This document shows positions 57,171 through 64,000 of a stretch of DNA of 64,000 nucleotides, piece by piece. This DNA is from Candidatus Latescibacterota bacterium (GTDB lineage Bacteria; Latescibacterota; UBA2968; UBA8231), in the NCBI GenBank assembly GCA_965203175.1, contig OZ241867.1, forward strand, positions 5,408,001 to 5,472,000, read 5' to 3'. Made by a program: the position numbers and the translations under genes. Numbering within the stretch: the stretch's first letter is position 1; each line of letters opens with the position of its first letter. The notes under the pieces are model-generated. The model ran no database searches. It was not told the DNA's origin and was given only the letters and a program-made list of their open reading frames with translations.

Positions 57171-59969
57171 GTGAACATCGCCAAGAACTGTCTCCTCGTC
57201 GGCCTGGCCTGTTTCCTGCTCTGCGCCGGGATACTGGACGCCCAGAGCTACGATTCTCGCATCGGCATGCAACGCGGGGGTAAGGTAAGTTTTGAACCTC
57301 GGGGGCCCGGCGTGTTATTCGGGGCGCTCGATCCGGCCGTAAAGAAGTGGTATGTCCCCCAAGAACTTTTCCTCGATTATTCCTGGCGCCAGTGGGAATA
57401 TTCCAACTACGCCAGAGATCCGTACCAGCGCTACGTCAACACCTCGCTAGAAGGTGGCTATTTCTACGATTTCTACGGCAATTTCATCGGTCACGGCTGG
57501 CTAATCTACGACTGGCGCCAGAATCAGCCCCAGCAACTGGGCAGCGGCATTTTCCAAGACACTCGCTTCAGCCGTTGGTTCAATTCAGTGACTATCGGCG
57601 GCGATGCGAAAGGACAGTACTTCTACTCAATCACTGTGGGCAATCGCATCCGCACCACGCTCACCCCCATGACATTCTCCAAACCCACTTTTAACGGGGT
57701 ACAGCTCGATTTTGCCTCTGACAAGTACCACGCCACTATTCTGGCTTCGCGCATCAGCGATCCTATTTCCGGAGCGACCCGCGAACCTGTTGTTCGCACC
57801 AATCAGACGACCTTTTTCGGAGGTCGAGCTACCTTCCAAGTGGGAGACTTCGTAGAGCTGGGAGCAACTCTGGTCAACGCCCACAATGCCAACACGGCCC
57901 TCGATCTGTTCGGCGGCGATCTCTTTGCCGGCAATCTGACCAACGGCCAGAGCAGTACCCCGCTAACGGCTATCGCCGTCGTCCTCAGCGACGATTCGCC
58001 CCAAGACGGCGAGGGAGGAACGGCTCTTTTCAACCACGACATGCGCATCGTCAGCCGGGATTTCGAGACCGATGAAGAGAGTGTTTTTACGCTCCAGGAA
58101 GTCACGCGGCCCGGAGCCGAATGGCCCATCGTCTTCGGGGGATTTGTCCGTCCAGACTTTCTGGCCGCCGATGGACAGGAGCGCATCGTCCTCAACTACG
58201 ACTTTAACGACCCAGGCTATATCGGTCCAGATCCCACCACTATCGTCAAGGTAGAGTTTGACTATCTGGTAGGAAACGACTTCAAGATAGAAATGTGGTC
58301 GGACCGACAAAGCGGCCGGCACGACACGCCGATCCCCCCACTGAGTCCCGAGACCATCGACAGCGCTCGCCCCGCTCTAGCGACTGTGCGCCGGGCACCG
58401 GGCAATATTAAAGACACCTCCAACCTGCAGCGGGTTCGTTTCGACTATGGGCTGCCCACGGCCAACCTAGTAGGCGGCTTCTCCATAGAGGGGACCGATG
58501 TCTGGGGATTCGACTTCTACGGAGAGTGGGACCGCAACAAGCGCTTTACCCAGTACCCAAACGCCGCGCTCTTTAGCGCCAACGAGATACACAAGATATC
58601 ATCTCAAGACGCCGACGCCTGGAACTTCAACCTCTCCAAACAAGCCTATCCCTGGTTCTTCTATGCGGAGGGATACTCATTTGACGAAGCCTACTCTACT
58701 ACGGCATTCATTGTGGACTCCAGAGGCGATGTGCAGTACGACAATACCCAGCGCTATCTGTACGAGTTCGTCGACGATAACGACGACCAAGACCGCTTCC
58801 CCGACTGGATCCGCTTCGGCACGCTTAACGACCTGCTGATCTTTCCGGGGTGGGACGAGAACAACGATTTCATCAACGACTTCAACCAGAACGACAACGA
58901 AGCAGTAACCAACACTATTCCCGACTACGAAGAGCCTTTCCTGCGCTACGAAGTAGATCGCCCCGAATTCCTCTTCGGCATCGATCTAAACAACAACGCT
59001 TGGATCGACCGCTTTGAAGACGACGATTTGCCCGACTATCCCTACAAGCCCGACCGCCGCGGCTACAATATCTTTGCTGGTGTGCATATCGCGCCGGATG
59101 TGCGCCTGACTATCGGGCGCACGGATGAGGAGCAGCCATCAGAGGGCCGTCATAACCAGACGGACTACCTGCTGCTGACCTTTGATGGCGATTACCCCGG
59201 CTTGGGGCGAGTGCGCGTCTTTGATATGCTCAAACGAGCAGAAGATGCTATCGCGGACGACCGGCGCGAACCGGCACCCTACATAGAATCGGCGGTCATC
59301 CAGCCCCTAGTGCCCGACCTGCTACCGGCCCAGAACACCTATATCAACACGCTCTGGATCGGGTTCGATTATAAGGGCATTGAGCATCTCAATTTCGTCA
59401 ACAAACTCAAATACGAGACCTTCCATCAGCAAGAGGATCGCCCACGCGATATCGAGGGACGTTCTCTCCGGGACAGATCCAATCTGTTCGGCCTAGTGAA
59501 CAAGATCGACTATTTGTACGGATTGGGCCGCCTCGATCTACAGCCCAAGTTCAAAAGCGAATATTTGCGGCGCACACCCTTCCTCGCCGAAGAGAAAGAG
59601 CTTCGTAGCTGGACGGGCACGGCTCTGCTGCTGGCTCGGCTGCCCATCCTGCGACATACCGTCCTTGAAGGGGGGTTGGAAGTTCTGCGATTCCGGGACC
59701 TGTGGGTGGACGAAAATGAGATGCTAGACCAAGGCATCGCTGGTCAGACTGGAGACCTGAACTCAACTACCATCGCCGTCCAGCTAGCCAACTCCTCGGC
59801 CTACCAAGGGTACCAGCTAACCACCCTGCTGGGCCTGCGCTTTAGTCGCATTGGAGCGGAGCGGGTGATACGCAAAGATCCACGCGCCAATCCGTCTCTA
59901 TTCGAAAAGGATATAAAGACCAGCAACGAAACCGTCACTTTCATAACGGTCTATGCCGGTTTGGAATGA
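57171..59969 (+). CDS. Large exported hypothetical protein, putative outer-membrane beta-barrel with Asp-rich Ca-binding-like loops (paralog A)
   Basis: 932 aa; signal peptide; alternating aromatic/hydrophobic strands; VDDNDDQD, DENNDFIND, DLNNNAWID; AGGAG RBS. Confidence 0.7.
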   Translation: MNIAKNCLLVGLACFLLCAGILDAQSYDSRIGMQRGGKVSFEPRGPGVLFGALDPAVKKWYVPQELFLDYSWRQWEYSNYARDPYQRYVNTSLEGGYFYDFYGNFIGHGWLIYDWRQNQPQQLGSGIFQDTRFSRWFNSVTIGGDAKGQYFYSITVGNRIRTTLTPMTFSKPTFNGVQLDFASDKYHATILASRISDPISGATREPVVRTNQTTFFGGRATFQVGDFVELGATLVNAHNANTALDLFGGDLFAGNLTNGQSSTPLTAIAVVLSDDSPQDGEGGTALFNHDMRIVSRDFETDEESVFTLQEVTRPGAEWPIVFGGFVRPDFLAADGQERIVLNYDFNDPGYIGPDPTTIVKVEFDYLVGNDFKIEMWSDRQSGRHDTPIPPLSPETIDSARPALATVRRAPGNIKDTSNLQRVRFDYGLPTANLVGGFSIEGTDVWGFDFYGEWDRNKRFTQYPNAALFSANEIHKISSQDADAWNFNLSKQAYPWFFYAEGYSFDEAYSTTAFIVDSRGDVQYDNTQRYLYEFVDDNDDQDRFPDWIRFGTLNDLLIFPGWDENNDFINDFNQNDNEAVTNTIPDYEEPFLRYEVDRPEFLFGIDLNNNAWIDRFEDDDLPDYPYKPDRRGYNIFAGVHIAPDVRLTIGRTDEEQPSEGRHNQTDYLLLTFDGDYPGLGRVRVFDMLKRAEDAIADDRREPAPYIESAVIQPLVPDLLPAQNTYINTLWIGFDYKGIEHLNFVNKLKYETFHQQEDRPRDIEGRSLRDRSNLFGLVNKIDYLYGLGRLDLQPKFKSEYLRRTPFLAEEKELRSWTGTALLLARLPILRHTVLEGGLEVLRFRDLWVDENEMLDQGIAGQTGDLNSTTIAVQLANSSAYQGYQLTTLLGLRFSRIGAERVIRKDPRANPSLFEKDIKTSNETVTFITVYAGLE

Positions 59970-62938
59970 CCATGACACCGGGCATCGCGCTACATATTTG
60001 CCGCTTTTGGGGAGCCCTTTCGCTAATTGTCGTCCTAACTCTTCCCCTCGCCGTCGAAGGGGACTACGGCAACCGCTTGGGCCGGCGGACGAGCGGACAG
60101 ACGACTTATACGGCAGTGGGTCCGAGCATTTTGCTAGAGGCCCTAGATCCAAGCGTGCAGCGGTGGTATTTGCCTCAAGAATTATTCGCCGAGTACGGCC
60201 GACGCCAGTGGCAGTACACCAACTACGCCCGCGAGCCCTACCGGCGCTATCTAGAACGCCAACTTGAAGGGATTCATTTTTACGACGATTTCGGCTCATT
60301 TGTCACCCGAGGCTGGATCATCTACGATTGGCGGCAGACCCGTCCGCGTCCCTTCCAGAGCAGTCAACTCACCAAGCCCGGACGCTACGAAACTTGGTTT
60401 CAGCGCCTAGTCATCGGCAAAGACAGGAGTGGGGACTACGGCTACTCAATCCTCATCGGCGACGAGATCAACGCCACATTAACTCCCATGACGTTCCGCA
60501 AGGCTGGCTTTAACGGGATCGCAACCAGCCTAGTTGGCGACCGCTTCCGGGCCACCGGGCTGTTTTCCAGAATTTCGGCTCCAATCGTCGAGATTGATTA
60601 TCTGGCCCCCACAGTGGCCCTGTCTAATTCCACCAACCTTTCAGCAGGACGATTCGAAGCCGACCTAACCGATTTCCTGACTTTGGGCCTGACTGCTGTG
60701 AATTCCCACAACGTCCGCGGCTCGCGGGAAAGCTTCAGGGACAATCCCTTTAAGGGCATGCTGACTGCGGGGCAGCTAAGTAGGCAAACAAACCTGTTGG
60801 TCGTGCGTCTCAGCGACGACTCTCCAGAGGACGATGAAGGTGGGGCTGTGCTCTTCAGCGAGGATGTGGAGATCACGACCACCCTGCTTCAGCGGATCGA
60901 GGTCGCCGACAGCGTGCAGGTGGTGCCCATCGACACGGTCATCACAGGCAGCAGCATCGGATTCCACGCTGCGCGCGAGGGCGGCAGCGTGCGCGACGGG
61001 TTCCTGACGGCTGACGGAGCCGAAAGTATTACCCTCAAATACGTCCTGAGTCCTGGAGAGACCGAAAGCGAAGAGAGCAGCCTGCGTTTCCTGATGCAGC
61101 GGCATTTCAAGCTAACTCTAGCAGAAGCCGAAGACGCAATAAACGCCATCAGCAATGTGCGCTTCCGCTTGGTGCTGGCCAACGACTACCGAGTCGAGGT
61201 GACTTCCGACCGGCAAACCAACCTCGATGGCCAGCCGCAATTTCTCCTAGTCGAGCGGGCCATCGGCAATATCAAGAACCGCTTGAACCAACGCCAAGTG
61301 GTCTTCGACTACGGCCTACCTACCGCCCATCTGATCTACGGGATCACTGCCGAAGTGCGAAATTTCTATGGCTTCGATTTCTACGGTGAGTTCAACCTCA
61401 GTACTCGGTACCGCAAATATCCGGCCATCAACCGCGAAAAACACCGGGCTATTGCCGGTACTTCAGGCGACAGAGAGGCCGTCGGCTGGATGATCAACCT
61501 GACCAAACGCGTAGGCCCCTGGCGCTTGTTCGCCGAGGCCTTCGGCATGGACGACGAATACAGCACCAGCATCAAGCCAGTAGATGGCCGTGGCATAGTT
61601 GACTTTTCACCCGAAGCCACGAACCGTCTGTACGACTTTGTCGATGACAACGACGACAACGACCGCCATCCAGACCAGATTCGTTTCAATCAGGGCAGCC
61701 TGATCCCGATCCCAGGTCAGACAGCGTTCTCGATCCGCGAGGAGGGCGTGCCCGACCCGGCAGTTTTTCCCGGATACGATGAGAACGGCGATTTCATTTC
61801 CGATTTCAACCAGAACAGCAACAGTGAGCGGCCCAACTTCTTCCCCGACTACGACGAACCGTTTCTGCGCTACAGTTCGGACCGCCCCGAGTTCCTCTTC
61901 GGCATCGACCTGAACAACAATGGCTGGATTGACCGCTTCGAAAACGACGACTTGCCAGACTATCCGTACAAAAAAGATCACTGGGGCTACAACCTCTACA
62001 GCAGCGTCCAAATCAATCCCGCAGTCAAAATAACTCTGGGGCACCTGAACCAAGTGCAGCGAAAGACCGACCGCAGGAATAAGACTACCTACGGCATCTT
62101 CACCCTAGAACGGGACTGGCCGACCTGGGGAAGGGTCCGGATTTTCGATATGCTCAAAAAGGCCGAGGACGATATTCCCGATCCACTCTCCCAGTGGATC
62201 ATGCCCCGCACGCTGTTCGGACAGGCCGGAGAGACCAGCGGCAGCAATATGGCCGTACCCGATCCACTGGCTGCGGAGAACACTTGGATCAATACATTCT
62301 ACATCGATTGGGAATATGCCAGCCCGCGTCAGTGGAGTACGCGGCACCGATTCAAGTGGGAGGTTTTCAGGCAACGAGAGATCGACAAAGGATTCTCGCT
62401 GGACGAAGCAGGGAACATCCTTTTAGATAAGCAGGAGAATCGGCTAGCAGGTTTTGATCCCTTGGGAGCGGAGCCTCGCGATGGCCGTCGGACCTCCGGG
62501 ATGGTAGGGCTGATTGACAAAGTCGATTGTAATTTAACTTGGAGAGAACTAACGTTTTTGCCCAGATTTAAAAGTGAGTTCCTACACGTCGTGCCCTTTG
62601 AGCAGAACGAGGATACGCAGCGGACTTGGGATGCGCTCTTTTTCTTTATGACCGAAGTGCCTTTTTTGCAAAATACCCGCGTCCAGCTAGGCTTGGAGCA
62701 GAGGCTATTCTACAACCTCAAAGGGAAGGAGGACAATCTGCTTACTGGCACTTTGACTGGAGATTTTCGCGGCACCGTTTTCGCCTTGCAACTATCGACT
62801 ACCCATCCATACTCGGGGTACTCTTTAACCACGCAGTTGGGGCTGCGCTACGACAGGCGCTCCTTAGAAGCGGCCACTGATGAACGCAAGATACGGACTT
62901 CGGGATTGGCCTTCCTGTCGATGTTCGTCGGCCTGTAA
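59966..62938 (+). CDS. Large exported hypothetical protein, paralog B of 57171..59969
   Basis: 990 aa; colinear conserved blocks with paralog A along its full length; ATGA overlap. Confidence 0.7.
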   Translation: MTMTPGIALHICRFWGALSLIVVLTLPLAVEGDYGNRLGRRTSGQTTYTAVGPSILLEALDPSVQRWYLPQELFAEYGRRQWQYTNYAREPYRRYLERQLEGIHFYDDFGSFVTRGWIIYDWRQTRPRPFQSSQLTKPGRYETWFQRLVIGKDRSGDYGYSILIGDEINATLTPMTFRKAGFNGIATSLVGDRFRATGLFSRISAPIVEIDYLAPTVALSNSTNLSAGRFEADLTDFLTLGLTAVNSHNVRGSRESFRDNPFKGMLTAGQLSRQTNLLVVRLSDDSPEDDEGGAVLFSEDVEITTTLLQRIEVADSVQVVPIDTVITGSSIGFHAAREGGSVRDGFLTADGAESITLKYVLSPGETESEESSLRFLMQRHFKLTLAEAEDAINAISNVRFRLVLANDYRVEVTSDRQTNLDGQPQFLLVERAIGNIKNRLNQRQVVFDYGLPTAHLIYGITAEVRNFYGFDFYGEFNLSTRYRKYPAINREKHRAIAGTSGDREAVGWMINLTKRVGPWRLFAEAFGMDDEYSTSIKPVDGRGIVDFSPEATNRLYDFVDDNDDNDRHPDQIRFNQGSLIPIPGQTAFSIREEGVPDPAVFPGYDENGDFISDFNQNSNSERPNFFPDYDEPFLRYSSDRPEFLFGIDLNNNGWIDRFENDDLPDYPYKKDHWGYNLYSSVQINPAVKITLGHLNQVQRKTDRRNKTTYGIFTLERDWPTWGRVRIFDMLKKAEDDIPDPLSQWIMPRTLFGQAGETSGSNMAVPDPLAAENTWINTFYIDWEYASPRQWSTRHRFKWEVFRQREIDKGFSLDEAGNILLDKQENRLAGFDPLGAEPRDGRRTSGMVGLIDKVDCNLTWRELTFLPRFKSEFLHVVPFEQNEDTQRTWDALFFFMTEVPFLQNTRVQLGLEQRLFYNLKGKEDNLLTGTLTGDFRGTVFALQLSTTHPYSGYSLTTQLGLRYDRRSLEAATDERKIRTSGLAFLSMFVGL

Positions 62939-62987
62939 GAAGGGAGGGTCTCTTGGCCTACCGCATTGAGAAAAGGGACTGGAAAAT

Positions 62988-64000
62988 ATGAGACATACTC
63001 TGTGGCTCTGCCGACTCAGTGCATTGGCTCTGCTGCTGACCGGTACGATAGGATGGGCTCAGCAGCGGGGACATCGGATCGGCAGCGCTGAGGTCCTCGT
63101 CAATACCCGGAATCACTGGCAGAACTGGGAGTTCCCCGCGGGAACCGTGGAGATTTCCGCCACAGGCACAGTACGGCCCCGTCAATTGCGACGAGGGACC
63201 AACGCGGTGGAGGATATAGTTGAATTTCTACGGCGGCATCCTCCGGGTAATTTAACCAAGAAAGACCCCGAACAAATCAGTCTGACTGATGCCATCCAAG
63301 CCGGCTCCAATCCAGAGGATGTGATCCACGTCCTAGATGGCGACCCGAGCACTTACTGGGAGCCCGATCCTCCTCGGAACCCAGACAATCTCGCTTCGGA
63401 GTGGTGGTTCACCGTCGATTTGGGGCGGCTCGTCTTTGCTAAGAAGATAGTAGTGCGATTCGCCCAAGAGGGAGATCCGTTTCTCTTGTTTGAACTGCTC
63501 GTAACCGACGGGCAGAAACGGGCTCAGTTTCCGCGCCCAACCTTCAAGACCGTTCTTCGCACTCTGCAACCCAACAGGAGCGAAAGGCTCTTCGAGATTG
63601 ATCTAACAGACAGCGAAGTAAAGGGTCAGGCCGTGCGCTTATTTCAGGTGCTCGTCAGCGGCAGCAACCTAGGCCGCAGCCAAGAACTTACTCAGGAAGA
63701 ATACAATGCTCTGTCGGCCCCCGATCGAGGTGCGATCGAATACTACAAGCGTCTGCCCGACGGAGGCAGCTTCAGAGTCGAGAAGGAGGTTTATGAACAA
63801 CTGTCGGTGGAGCAGCAGGGGGACGTTCGCCATTTCCGGCGCGAGCGACCCCGGCTAGCAGAAGTGGAAGTATGGAGCGAAGGAGATGAGATAGTCGGCG
63901 GCGCTATCGAACGAGGCGGTCGGCTATCGACCAGCCAGCCGGCTGCTGCAACCGGCAACTTCGTCGATGGCGATCCAAACAGCAAGTCGCGCCTGCCCTG
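62988..64000 (+). CDS. Secreted discoidin-like domain protein (partial; runs off the window end)
   Basis: Open frame from ATG 62988: MRHTLWLCRLSALALLLTGTIGWA signal; LDGDPSTYWEP, WFTVDLGRLVFAKKIVVRF, LAEVEVW, second VDGDPNS. Absent from the ORF track because it has no stop in the window. Confidence 0.8.
   Translation, partial: MRHTLWLCRLSALALLLTGTIGWAQQRGHRIGSAEVLVNTRNHWQNWEFPAGTVEISATGTVRPRQLRRGTNAVEDIVEFLRRHPPGNLTKKDPEQISLTDAIQAGSNPEDVIHVLDGDPSTYWEPDPPRNPDNLASEWWFTVDLGRLVFAKKIVVRFAQEGDPFLLFELLVTDGQKRAQFPRPTFKTVLRTLQPNRSERLFEIDLTDSEVKGQAVRLFQVLVSGSNLGRSQELTQEEYNALSAPDRGAIEYYKRLPDGGSFRVEKEVYEQLSVEQQGDVRHFRRERPRLAEVEVWSEGDEIVGGAIERGGRLSTSQPAAATGNFVDGDPNSKSRLP

Noticed and set aside
57171-62938. 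Calling the two large paralogs TonB-dependent receptors or S-layer proteins
   Set aside because: No TonB box or plug motifs and no SLH repeats are visible; left as hypothetical.
1-64000. rRNA, tRNA, IS elements, prophage, integron
   Set aside because: No cloverleaf or rRNA signatures, and no transposase, integrase or phage genes were seen.

Overview
GC-rich bacterial chromosomal window. FlgD-Ig/T9SS-like sorting domains, a dockerin, CRTAC1/ASPIC, DUF6785 and DUF5686 proteins suggest an FCB-group organism such as Latescibacterota (inference only). Left to right: (1) a tandemly duplicated DUF6785-like membrane protein with a stranded mgdD/soxG remnant between the copies, and a DUF5686-like outer-membrane protein; (2) an N-methylglutamate methylamine-utilisation operon mgsABC-gmaS-mgdABC lacking an intact mgdD; (3) HAD hydrolase, PhyH dioxygenase and TonB-dependent receptor followed by a decayed copy of the HAD 3' end, then a modular FlgD-dockerin-PQQ dehydrogenase; (4) a 14-kb housekeeping run ndk-yceD-rpmF-fabH-fabD-fabG-acpP-fabF-rnc-lipoate ligase-oppDF-ppiD-garR-like-nadK, with no plsX; (5) HD phosphohydrolase, AAA-DUF4143 ATPase, PLP decarboxylase and a small catabolic cluster with a triplicated, mirror-symmetric upstream element; (6) a GH32 lacking its catalytic Glu, RlmI, TPR lipoprotein and CRTAC1; (7) the best candidate for an undescribed system: a locus with a SorC-family regulator, a divergent double-parvulin chaperone, discoidin/FlgD secreted proteins and two paralogous ~950-aa Asp-rich putative outer-membrane proteins, running off the right end. 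No rRNA, tRNA, CRISPR array, integrase or transposase was seen. All family assignments are by motif recognition, without database searches.
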